Source: Candidatus Woesearchaeota archaeon (GTDB lineage Archaea; Nanobdellota; Nanobdellia; Woesearchaeales; SKIA01). From it: a stretch of 64,000 nucleotides of DNA. A model generated the notes under the pieces. That model saw nothing but the letters and a program-made list of their open reading frames with translations. It had not been told where the DNA came from and searched no databases. The stretch's first letter is position 1. Every line of letters begins with the position of its first letter. Shown here in pieces: positions 36,957-45,776 of the stretch. A program made the position numbers and the translations under genes. The stretch lies in contig JBJKRI010000006.1 of assembly GCA_046704725.1 (NCBI GenBank), positions 96,001 to 160,000 on the forward strand. The letters run 5' to 3'.

Positions 36957-38804
36957 ATGAAAAAGACAGAGATACTCGTGCCCGACACGAGCGTGATCGC
37001 CGAAGGGCTTGTCACGACATACATCAAGGAGGGGAAGCTCTCCCCGAAACGCATCATCATCGCCGAAGCCGTGCTCAACGAGCTCGAGCACCAGGCCAAC
37101 CAAGGACGCGAGACCGGGAAGATCGGCCTCGAAGAGATAAAAAAGCTCCAGAAAGGAACGGGAAAGAAATACACTCTCGAGTACAAGGGCAAGCGCCCCG
37201 GAGAGTTCGAGATCAAGTTCAGCAGCTCCGGAGCGGTGGACAACCTCATCCGGCAGATAGCGCGCGAGGAGAAAGGCACGCTGATGACAGCGGACAAGGT
37301 GCAGGCCTCCGTGGCAGAAGCGATGGGCATACCCGTCGAGTTCGTGCGCTTCCACTTCGACGAGAAAGCCATCAAGGACCCGTTGAAAAAGCACTTCGAC
37401 AGCAAGACGATGAGCGTGCACTACAAGGAAGGCTCGCCCACCATCGCCAAGCGCGGAAAGCCGGGGGAGTGGCGCTTCGTCGAGCTCAAGGAGACGCCCG
37501 AACGAAAGCAGATGGAGACATTGGCGAAAGACATCGTCGAGGCCGCGCAGAAACGGCGGGACAGCTTCGTCGAGATAGAACGGCAGGGGAGCACGATACT
37601 CCAGCTCGGGCAGTACAGGGTGGTGATCGCGAAACCGCCATTCGCCTCGGCATGGGAAGTGACCGCCGTACGGCCCGTCGCACACCTGTCCCTCAAGGAC
37701 TACGACTTCCCCGAGAAGTTCCGGAAACGCCTCGAGGAGAAGGCCGAGGGCATCCTCGTGGCGGGCGCTCCCGGAGAGGGCAAGAGCACGTTCGCCCAGG
37801 CGCTCGGGGAGTTCTACGCGGGAAAGCAACGCATCGTCAAGACCATCGAGGCGCCGCGAGACCTGGTACTGCCAAAAAGCATCACGCAGTACAGCGCGTC
37901 GCACGGCTCGCCGGAGGAACTGCGCGACGTCCTCTTGCTGAACAGGCCCGACTACACCATCTACGACGAGATACGCAACACCCAGGACTTCCTGCTCTTC
38001 GCGGACATGCGCATGAGTGGTGTCGGCATGATTGGCGTGGTCCACGCGACAAGCCCTGTGGATTCCGTCTCACGCTTCATCAACCGCGTGGAGCTCGGCA
38101 TGATACCGAACATCATCGACACGGTCGTCTTCATCAAGGCGGGCGGCGTCGCCAAGGTCTACTCGCTCGAGATCAAAGTGAAAGTGCCCGCGGGCATGAC
38201 AGAAGAGGACCTCGCACGACCGGTGGTCGTGGTGACGGACTTCTACACGGGAACGCCGGAGTACGAGATATACAGCTACGGCGACCAGACGACAGTGGTG
38301 CCCGTGCAATCGCAGAAAAAGGGCCAGAGCGCCGTCCTGCGCTTCGCAGAGCAAGGACTGCGCGACTACTTCTCGCAATACACGGACAGGGCCGAGGTCG
38401 AGGTACTCTCGGAGCACAAGGTACGCGTGTACGTGCCCGAATCACGGATAGCCGCGCTCATCGGCAAGGGAGGCGGCAACATCCAGGAAGTGGAGAAGGA
38501 ATTAGGACTGTCCGTGGACGTCGCGTCATTGTCGGACTACAGCGGCAAGAGCTCCGCGAAGACGCAGTCCAAGAGCCCGGGCTCGCGGCAGATCGAATGG
38601 GAGGCCTTCGTGGACCGCAAGAACATCATCGTCGAGCTCCCCAACGATTTCGCCGACAAGGAAATCGACCTCTATGACCGCGGTGACTACGTCGCGACGA
38701 TGACCGCGTCGAAGAAGGCGCAGATCAAGATATCGCTCTCGTCGCCGATCGGAAGACGGCTGTCGAAAGTGATCGAGCGAGACAGACTGGAGATACAGGC
38801 GTGA
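36957..38804 (+). CDS. PINA-type ATPase (PIN + P-loop ATPase + KH)
   Basis: VPDTSVI PIN, GAPGEGKST, RPDYTIYDEIR, KH GxxG (IGKGG). Confidence 0.92.
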   Translation: MKKTEILVPDTSVIAEGLVTTYIKEGKLSPKRIIIAEAVLNELEHQANQGRETGKIGLEEIKKLQKGTGKKYTLEYKGKRPGEFEIKFSSSGAVDNLIRQIAREEKGTLMTADKVQASVAEAMGIPVEFVRFHFDEKAIKDPLKKHFDSKTMSVHYKEGSPTIAKRGKPGEWRFVELKETPERKQMETLAKDIVEAAQKRRDSFVEIERQGSTILQLGQYRVVIAKPPFASAWEVTAVRPVAHLSLKDYDFPEKFRKRLEEKAEGILVAGAPGEGKSTFAQALGEFYAGKQRIVKTIEAPRDLVLPKSITQYSASHGSPEELRDVLLLNRPDYTIYDEIRNTQDFLLFADMRMSGVGMIGVVHATSPVDSVSRFINRVELGMIPNIIDTVVFIKAGGVAKVYSLEIKVKVPAGMTEEDLARPVVVVTDFYTGTPEYEIYSYGDQTTVVPVQSQKKGQSAVLRFAEQGLRDYFSQYTDRAEVEVLSEHKVRVYVPESRIAALIGKGGGNIQEVEKELGLSVDVASLSDYSGKSSAKTQSKSPGSRQIEWEAFVDRKNIIVELPNDFADKEIDLYDRGDYVATMTASKKAQIKISLSSPIGRRLSKVIERDRLEIQA

Positions 38805-38854
38805 TTTCTGACGCAGGCCGAATAGCATAAAAAGAAAGCCGCACGCTTTTCTGC

Positions 38855-39847
38855 ATGGAATACATCCTGCCACCGCGCCTCAAGAAAGGCGCCCACATCC
38901 GCGTCATCGCTCCTGCTCGCAGCATCGCCGTCATCGGCGAGGAACAGGCGCAGAAGACGAAAGCGCGTCTCGAAGCGCTGGGCTATCAAGTGAGCTTCTC
39001 CAAGCACTCCCATGAGAACTTCGCCTTCAACAGCGGACAGGTGGACGGGCGCGTAGAAGACCTGCACGAGGCGTTCGAGGATGACGATGTCGACGCGATC
39101 CTCACCGTCACCGGAGGGTTCAACAGCAACCAGCTGCTCGACAGGATAGACTACACACTCATCAAGGCGCATCCGAAGATCCTGTGCGGCTATTCGGACA
39201 TCACCGCGTTGACCAACGCCATCACGGCGAAGACGGGGATCGTCACGTACAGCGGACCGCACTTCTCCTCGTTCGGCATGGAGAAGGGGAACGAGTACAC
39301 GATCGAGCACTTCAGGCGTGCGTTGGAAACAAGCGAACCCTATGTCGTGGAGCCGTCGGAGGAGTGGAGCGACGACCTCTGGTTCTTGGACCAGGAGGAC
39401 CGCATGTTCATCCCGAATCCAGGTCCTGTCGCCATCAATCCGGGGAAAGCGAAGGGACGCCTTGTCGGCGGCAATCTCTGCACGTTCATCCTCCTGCACG
39501 GCACGAAATACATGCCGTCCTTGCAAGACACCATTCTTTTCATCGAGGAGGACGCGTCATTCGGAGAAGACACAGCGATGTTCGTGGACCGTCACCTGCA
39601 ATCCATCATCCAGCAGCCCGGATTCACGGGCGTGAAGGGCATCATCTTCGGACGGCCGCAGAAAGGCACGAACATGGACGAGAAGGCGTTCCGCACCATC
39701 GTGGGCATGAAGCCCGAACTCAAGGAAATGCCAATCGCCTATGGCTTTGACTTCGGGCACACGTGCCCGATGACCACCTTGCCGGTCGGCGGGGACGCCG
39801 AACTGACCGTTGCGGATACCGTCGAGCTGCGCATCACGAGGCATTAG
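38855..39847 (+). CDS. S66 peptidase (LD-carboxypeptidase/MccF-like)
   Basis: CGYSDIT (Ser), GGNL, LFIEE (Glu), DFGHT (His). Confidence 0.92.
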   Translation: MEYILPPRLKKGAHIRVIAPARSIAVIGEEQAQKTKARLEALGYQVSFSKHSHENFAFNSGQVDGRVEDLHEAFEDDDVDAILTVTGGFNSNQLLDRIDYTLIKAHPKILCGYSDITALTNAITAKTGIVTYSGPHFSSFGMEKGNEYTIEHFRRALETSEPYVVEPSEEWSDDLWFLDQEDRMFIPNPGPVAINPGKAKGRLVGGNLCTFILLHGTKYMPSLQDTILFIEEDASFGEDTAMFVDRHLQSIIQQPGFTGVKGIIFGRPQKGTNMDEKAFRTIVGMKPELKEMPIAYGFDFGHTCPMTTLPVGGDAELTVADTVELRITRH

Positions 39848-39857
39848 GCCGCACAGC

Positions 39858-39865
39858 TTTATATA
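39858..39865 (+). promoter_or_regulatory. TATA box of the split-archaellin operon
   Basis: TTTATATA ending 26 bp before ATG 39891, consistent with a leaderless transcript. Confidence 0.6.
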
Positions 39866-39890
39866 TTCGGTTCCCCCGAAAAGGTCAGCG

Positions 39891-40166
39891 ATGCGCGCAG
39901 CGACACTCCTCATCATCATACTTGCCCTCCCGTTCGCCACGGCCATGACAGGCTACTGCACAGGGCACTACGTCGAGAAGGGACCGAACTGGGTGGACGG
40001 CCTCGTGCAGAAGGGCGACGTGTACGAGTACTACTGCGAACTACCCAGCACAGTGTCAGGCGACGATACATTCAACCTCCACCTGCAGTACAGCAACGCC
40101 GAGCTCACACAGCAATTCCTCGCGCCGCGCGTGGTCTATGGAACGACACTGGTGATATTCCCATGA
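39891..40166 (+). CDS. Signal peptide plus archaellin C-terminal-half-like domain
   Basis: Sec-type signal, then GLVQKGDVYEYYCELP...DDTFNLHL...APRVVYGTTLVIFP, parallel to the archaellin C-terminus. Confidence 0.7.
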   Translation: MRAATLLIIILALPFATAMTGYCTGHYVEKGPNWVDGLVQKGDVYEYYCELPSTVSGDDTFNLHLQYSNAELTQQFLAPRVVYGTTLVIFP

Positions 40167-40489
40167 ACGGCATAGAGCTCCTCGTTCTCCTGATAGCCGC
40201 GATCGGCATCACGGCGGTCGTCGTGCTCGTCTACGTGCAGGACGTGCACAGCTACCAGCTCAGCAGCAACCCGATACCCAAAGAATCGGATGTGCGCGTG
40301 GTCAACGTTATCGCGCAGAACATCAGCAACGGCAGCTTCAAACAGGTACGCATCAGCGTGACGACGACCGGAAAACTCGCACTGAACACGACACTCATCA
40401 CGCTGCAGACGGCGAACGGCTCTGCCGACCTGCAATGGCGCAACGGCACGCTCAAGCGGAACGTGACGACGGGGTTCTACACGCAATGA
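40163..40489 (+). CDS. Archaellin N-terminal-half-like protein
   Basis: NG-IELLVLLIAAIGITAVVV helix, VRVVNVIA, LALNTTLITLQTANGSADL; ATGA overlaps on both sides. Confidence 0.65.
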   Translation: MNGIELLVLLIAAIGITAVVVLVYVQDVHSYQLSSNPIPKESDVRVVNVIAQNISNGSFKQVRISVTTTGKLALNTTLITLQTANGSADLQWRNGTLKRNVTTGFYTQ

Positions 40490-42402
40490 AGCCATTGCTC
40501 ATTCTCCTCGCGCTGCTCGCCGCCATCCCCGTAGCGACAGCATTACAGACGACGCTCACAGTGACCGGATGCACCGCGACCATCTGCAACACGACAGAGC
40601 TCAACGCGTGGAACAACGTCTCGGGCATGAACATCAGCAAGAACGGCGCGGGGAACGTGAGCATGAGCCAGTTCGCGGGGAACAACCTGAGCACCATCAC
40701 GAACGTCTCGTTCCTCCTCTCGCACGACGGCGACTCGTCCATATCCGGCTCGTGGACCATCACGTTCTGGAACGAGACCAGCCAAGCGGCGTACTGCAGC
40801 ATGACCACGCCACTGGTGACAGCGTGGACGGTCGTGAACCTCACACCGACCGGCTGCGCATGGACGCCGGCGAAGCTCGCCGACCTGGGCGTGAACTTCG
40901 CGAACGGGGACACGGGAAAGCCCGCCACCGCGTATGTGGACTACTTCGACAGCACCGTGGTCTACTCTCCACCGCCCGTGCAGGACACGTTCGTGCGATA
41001 CACCTACGTGAGCCGGAGCGCGGCGACGATCGCCTGGGACACGAACAACGCCGCGAACAGCACCGTAGAGTACGGGACGACCACAGCGCTAGGGACCACG
41101 CTCACCAACACGAGCCTCACGACAAACCACAGCGCCACCATCAGCGGCCTAGCGGCGAACACCCTCTATTACTACAACGTGACCAGCTGCGACGGCAACA
41201 CCTGCAACACCTCCGGGCCGTACAACCTCACCACCTACCAAACTCTCCAAGTGGCGACGTGCAGCGGCGTGACCTGCTCGGTGTCCGGCGTGAACAGCTA
41301 CGACAATATCACGAGCGCGACGGGAACGAGCACGAACAACTACACGGCGAACTACACCGCCCTGGGACAATCCACGGCGACAATACAGAACATGACGTAC
41401 CGCATCGACTATAGCACGCAGAGCGCGACGGTCACATTGCTCTTCGAGAACGCCTCGAGCGGCACGCAATGGTGCAGCGCGACGCTGCCCGCGCAGGCGA
41501 GCATGACCTACGCCGAGGTCACACCGACAGGCTGCGCATGGACGCCGGCACGGCTCGACCAGCTATCGGTCGTCCAGGGCTACGGCGCGACGGACACGAG
41601 CAGCTTCGACTTCACGGCGGCGCTCGTGGATTACGTCTTCTTGCCGCAGATCAGCGGCGTGCGGAACGGGACGCTCAGCCTCAGTCAAAAACAAGTGAAC
41701 TGGACGACGCTCAACGCCGCGAACGGGACCATACAGTGGGGGAACACGACAGCGCTGGGCAACACCCTGACGAACACCACCTTTACGACCACACACCAAG
41801 CGACCATCACCGGGCTCTTGACGAGCACGACATACTACTACAACATCACGAGCTGCACGACGGACGGCTGCGAGACAGTCGGGCCCTACAGCTTCACCAC
41901 GCCAGCAGACCTCACACCCATCATCAGCAACGTGCAAGCGACGAACATCACCGACACCGGAGCGACCATCACTTGGACGACGAGCGCGGCGGCGAACAGC
42001 AGCGTGGACTACGGGAACACGAGCGCGTTAGGGACGAACGTCACGAACGCGACGCAGACGACGACGCATAGCATCGCCATTACCGGACTGAACACCACGA
42101 CGACCTACTATTACAACGTGACCAGCTGCAACAGCTTCGGCTGCAAAAGCGCGGGCACCTACAGCTTCATCACCGCGCCGCCCAAGAAGACATGCACCTA
42201 TATCTACACGCAGAAAGGCAGCGACTGGAAGCAAGGCATGCTCTCCAAAGGGGACGTGGTGCGCATTACCTGCCGGCTGCCGACGGCCATCCGGCCAAGA
42301 CAGGACCTCACTATCAAGCTGCTCTTCGAGAAGATCGAGTCCAGCCTGATGGTCCAGACGCCACGATTGTTCGTGCACGATCCGGAGGCGGTGTACCCAT
42401 GA
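40486..42402 (+). CDS. Secreted FN3-repeat adhesin ending in an archaellin C-terminal-half-like domain
   Basis: Sec signal; two TPTGCAWTPA domains; three FN3 repeats (ATIxWxT...YG.T.ALG...H...I.GL...T.YYYNVTSC); C-terminus GMLSKGDVVRITCRLP...TPRLFVHDPEAVYP. Confidence 0.85.
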   Translation: MKPLLILLALLAAIPVATALQTTLTVTGCTATICNTTELNAWNNVSGMNISKNGAGNVSMSQFAGNNLSTITNVSFLLSHDGDSSISGSWTITFWNETSQAAYCSMTTPLVTAWTVVNLTPTGCAWTPAKLADLGVNFANGDTGKPATAYVDYFDSTVVYSPPPVQDTFVRYTYVSRSAATIAWDTNNAANSTVEYGTTTALGTTLTNTSLTTNHSATISGLAANTLYYYNVTSCDGNTCNTSGPYNLTTYQTLQVATCSGVTCSVSGVNSYDNITSATGTSTNNYTANYTALGQSTATIQNMTYRIDYSTQSATVTLLFENASSGTQWCSATLPAQASMTYAEVTPTGCAWTPARLDQLSVVQGYGATDTSSFDFTAALVDYVFLPQISGVRNGTLSLSQKQVNWTTLNAANGTIQWGNTTALGNTLTNTTFTTTHQATITGLLTSTTYYYNITSCTTDGCETVGPYSFTTPADLTPIISNVQATNITDTGATITWTTSAAANSSVDYGNTSALGTNVTNATQTTTHSIAITGLNTTTTYYYNVTSCNSFGCKSAGTYSFITAPPKKTCTYIYTQKGSDWKQGMLSKGDVVRITCRLPTAIRPRQDLTIKLLFEKIESSLMVQTPRLFVHDPEAVYP

Positions 42403-42683
42403 GGAGCCAGGCAGCGCTCATATTGTTCATCGCGGGGATGCTCGTCGCGGCGCTCGCTGTCGGAGCGATCGTCCAGGTCGTGCGCAACCAACCGACCACG
42501 GCCGACGTCACGGCGCCGGCGAGCAGCCCGACCATACAGCAAGTCGGGGTCTGGAGCGTCTCGAACCAGAGCGCGCAATACGTGACGATCGACGTGGCCG
42601 GCTCGAACACGCCCGTCGCGCTCAACAGCACGCTCGTGACGTTGAGCATGCAGTCCGGCACGGCGAGCTACACCCTCTCCTAG
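42399..42683 (+). CDS. Archaellin N-terminal-half-like protein with class III signal
   Basis: MRS-QAALILFIAGMLVAALAVGAIVQ; GSNTPVALNSTLVTLSMQSGTASY. Confidence 0.75.
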   Translation: MRSQAALILFIAGMLVAALAVGAIVQVVRNQPTTADVTAPASSPTIQQVGVWSVSNQSAQYVTIDVAGSNTPVALNSTLVTLSMQSGTASYTLS

Positions 42684-42721
42684 GCACAACCCTTTTTAAC
42701 CACTGAGCATCACGGAGCGGT

Positions 42722-43999
42722 ATGCAGGACATCAACGCCATCAGGGAGCGCACGGACGAGGTCCGCGCGAGCATCCAGGCGCGGCACAAGGACGTATTGC
42801 CGCTCGTGGACAAGGCATTGAGCCTGGACGCGGAATGGCGACGGGTCAAGGGAGACTTGGACGAGCTGCGGCACGACCGCAACACCGTCTCGGCCGCCAT
42901 CAACACGGCGAAGAAAGAGGGCAAGGACGCGAAAGACCTGCTCAAGAAAGCCAAGGAGATACCCGCCCTGCTCAAGGCGCTCGAGGAGAAAGAGAGCGGC
43001 CTGCGAGAGGAGCTCGACAAGACGCTCAAGGCGATACCCAACTTCCTCGACCCGCAGACACCCATCGGGGAATCGGAGAAGGACAACGTCGTGAAAGAGA
43101 CGCACGGCGGGACGCCCATGCCGGACTTCGAGCCCAAGAGCCACGTGGAGATCTGCGAGGAACTCGGGATAGCGGATTTCGACGCCGCACGGCGCACTAG
43201 CGGCAACGGCTTTTTCTTCCTCAAAGGGGATCTGGCGCTGCTCGACCAGGCGTTGCAACGCTACGCCCTGGACATCATGGTGGGAGAAGGCTTCACGCCT
43301 GTGGTCCCGCCCTACATGATCCGGCGCGACATCGTGGACGGCGTGGTGGACATCGCGTTCTTCGAGGAGAGCATCTACAAGATAGAGGACGAGGACGCGT
43401 ACCTCATCGGGACCAGCGAGCATCCATTGGTGGGCATGCTGACCGGACAGGACGTGGACAGCAGGGAACTGCCCATCACGTTGTGCGGCATCAGCCCGTG
43501 CTTCAGGCGGGAGCTGGGCGCGCACGGCATCGACGAGAAAGGACTGTTCCGCACGCACCAGTTCCAGAAGATCGAGCAGATCGTCGTGTGCCATCCAGAG
43601 CAGAGCGACGAATGGTTCGACAAGCTCCTCGACATCACCAAGAAGATCTTCACCGGACTGGAGCTGCCGTGGCACGAACTGGTCATGTGCTCGGGAGACC
43701 TCGGAGACCTCAAGACGAGGCAGAGCGACCTCGAGGTGTGGAGCCCGCGGCGGCAAGGATATTTCGAGGTGGGAAGCTGCAGCAACCTGACGGACGCGCA
43801 GGCGCGACGGCTCAACATCAGGATCGTGCATCCGGACGGCCAGCGCGAGTATGCGCACACCCTCAATAACACCGCGCTCGCGACGAGCAGGGCCATGGTC
43901 GCCATCCTCGAGAACCACCAGCGAGCGGACGGCACGGTCACCATACCCAAGGTCCTGCGCCCGTATATGGGCAACAAGAGCGTGCTCGGGAAAGCCTAG
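42722..43999 (+). CDS. serS: Serine--tRNA ligase
   Basis: N-terminal coiled coil, GTSEHP, FRRE, GLFRTHQFQKIEQ, EVGSCSN, HTLNNT. Confidence 0.97.
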   Translation: MQDINAIRERTDEVRASIQARHKDVLPLVDKALSLDAEWRRVKGDLDELRHDRNTVSAAINTAKKEGKDAKDLLKKAKEIPALLKALEEKESGLREELDKTLKAIPNFLDPQTPIGESEKDNVVKETHGGTPMPDFEPKSHVEICEELGIADFDAARRTSGNGFFFLKGDLALLDQALQRYALDIMVGEGFTPVVPPYMIRRDIVDGVVDIAFFEESIYKIEDEDAYLIGTSEHPLVGMLTGQDVDSRELPITLCGISPCFRRELGAHGIDEKGLFRTHQFQKIEQIVVCHPEQSDEWFDKLLDITKKIFTGLELPWHELVMCSGDLGDLKTRQSDLEVWSPRRQGYFEVGSCSNLTDAQARRLNIRIVHPDGQREYAHTLNNTALATSRAMVAILENHQRADGTVTIPKVLRPYMGNKSVLGKA

Positions 44000-44038
44000 C
44001 CTGATAGGCATTAAATACTCGGCTGTCTCACGGCGCAC

Positions 44039-44662
44039 GTGGCGCGCGTACGATACTACACGTTCTGGCTGGCAGGAATCCTCGTCGTGGTCTTCGGGCT
44101 GCAGCAGATCGTGCCGTACCGCTTCGCCTGGCACGTCGGAGCGATCGAGCCGCAGTTCTTCATCTCGTTGTTCTCGCACGCATCGGTCGCGCACCTCTTG
44201 GGGAACCTGTTCGCCCTGCTCATCTTCGGCGGCATCCTCGAAGGGGTGATCGGGAGCACACGCCTCGCGTGGGTGCTCATCGCCGCCGGCGTCGCGGGAA
44301 ACCTCGCGGGGATCGGGACGTACTATAGCGTGCTCGGAGCCTCAGGAGCGATCTTCGGCGCCATCGGCACGCTCATCGTGCTAAGACCGCTCATGGTGAT
44401 CTGGCTGGACTTCCTGCCGTTGCCGATGATCGTGCTGGGCATCGGCTACGCCGTCGTGGAGACCATCGGAGCCATCGCGAACGCGGACCACACGGGGCAC
44501 CTCGCGCACCTCGCAGGATTCGCTGTGGGCGTCGTCTTCGGGCTCGCCTGGAGAAAGCAGTTCCCCGCGCCGCGACGGCTCAAGAGGTATCGCGACAGGA
44601 CGCGCGACAAGCAGATCGACGCGCAGCTCGACGAGTACGAGAAGCGCTATATGGGGGGTTGA
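44039..44662 (+). CDS. Rhomboid intramembrane serine protease
   Basis: HLLGN, GASGAIFG, AHLAG. Confidence 0.92.
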   Translation: MARVRYYTFWLAGILVVVFGLQQIVPYRFAWHVGAIEPQFFISLFSHASVAHLLGNLFALLIFGGILEGVIGSTRLAWVLIAAGVAGNLAGIGTYYSVLGASGAIFGAIGTLIVLRPLMVIWLDFLPLPMIVLGIGYAVVETIGAIANADHTGHLAHLAGFAVGVVFGLAWRKQFPAPRRLKRYRDRTRDKQIDAQLDEYEKRYMGG

Positions 44663-45420
44663 TCCTTCTTCTCCTTCCGGCGGCTACGGATCCACAGCAC
44701 CATCACGACAAGGCCGATGAGGACGACCATGCCGGCGCCGACATAATTCGGTCCGGGAACCTTCGCGGCCACTGGAGCGGGCTTCGGAGCGCTCTTCGAA
44801 GAGGCACTCTGATCGGGAGCCGTGGTGTTCTGCGAGGCGGTCGGTGACGGCGCGGGCGCCGTCGCGTTCGATGAGCCGGTCTTGCTCGCCGCGGAGGTCG
44901 ACGCAGGAACATTCGAAGAAGCGTTCGATACGTTCACCACGGCCGGCGGGACGGTCACATTCGTGGTGTTCGTCGTGTTCTGCACGGTCTGGTTCGGGCA
45001 GTCGGCCGGGCATTGCTCGCCCGGGTCGCAATAGCCGTCGCCGCACCACGGCGCGGAGGGCTGGCAGACATTGTGGACGCACGCACCGCCGCACTTCGTC
45101 GTCGCTGTGCACTTCTGGCCGAAGCCGACGCAATCGTTGCCGCACTTGTTCGTGATGGTCGCGTTGATCTGGTAGATGTGCGGATAGTACTGGACGCGGT
45201 CTTCGCTGATCGACTGCAAACAGACCACATAGATATCCTTGTTGTCGCACTGTCCCGGACGCAGGAGGAGCGAGTAGTACGGACCGGTGAGATAAAGCGC
45301 GCTGTTGTCGCCGGCGACGGTCACGTTGAAATGCTCTCCACCGATGGTGACGCCGTTGTCCGCGTAGAAGGTGGTGGCCGCGACGAGCAGCAACGGCAGG
45401 AGGAGGAGCACGGTGCGCAT
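44647..45420 (-). CDS. Cys-rich secreted protein with C-terminal TM anchor
   Basis: Signal; CGDGYCDPGEQCPADC; S/T/P stalk; TM followed by RSRRKEKK. Confidence 0.8.
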   Translation of the reverse strand: MRTVLLLLPLLLVAATTFYADNGVTIGGEHFNVTVAGDNSALYLTGPYYSLLLRPGQCDNKDIYVVCLQSISEDRVQYYPHIYQINATITNKCGNDCVGFGQKCTATTKCGGACVHNVCQPSAPWCGDGYCDPGEQCPADCPNQTVQNTTNTTNVTVPPAVVNVSNASSNVPASTSAASKTGSSNATAPAPSPTASQNTTAPDQSASSKSAPKPAPVAAKVPGPNYVGAGMVVLIGLVVMVLWIRSRRKEKKDQPPI

Positions 45421-45453
45421 ACCGCATAACCAGGGTGATGCGCTTATAAGCGT

Positions 45454-45744
45454 TTAGTTGAGCCGATGACCGCAGTGCCCGCAGAAGTTCGCCTTCGGGC
45501 TGTTGAGCGAGCCGCATACGAAACAGCGCTGCTTGCCCTCGACGTGCGGCGCCTTGGTGTGATAGGTATGGCCCTGCGCGACCGCGGGGGTGTCCTTGCG
45601 CCCGCGATAGAGACTGCCGATCCCCCAGAGGATGAAGACGACCCCGACGATGACGAACAATCGCAATGAGGACATGAGAAGGGAGACGACCACGACGACC
45701 GCTCCCACACCGAGCCAGACGAAAGGCGGGATGGAATCTGCCAC
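45454..45744 (-). CDS. 2-TM protein with zinc ribbon
   Basis: CFVCGSLNSPKANFCGHCG. Confidence 0.8.
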   Translation of the reverse strand: MADSIPPFVWLGVGAVVVVVSLLMSSLRLFVIVGVVFILWGIGSLYRGRKDTPAVAQGHTYHTKAPHVEGKQRCFVCGSLNSPKANFCGHCGHRLN

Positions 45745-45776
45745 ACGATGAGACCGCGCGACAAGGGATTTAAGCC

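Noticed and set aside
40841-41549. Near-identical repeats as a diversity-generating retroelement TR/VR pair
   Set aside because: Both copies lie in-frame within one gene, they are short, and no reverse transcriptase is present in the window.
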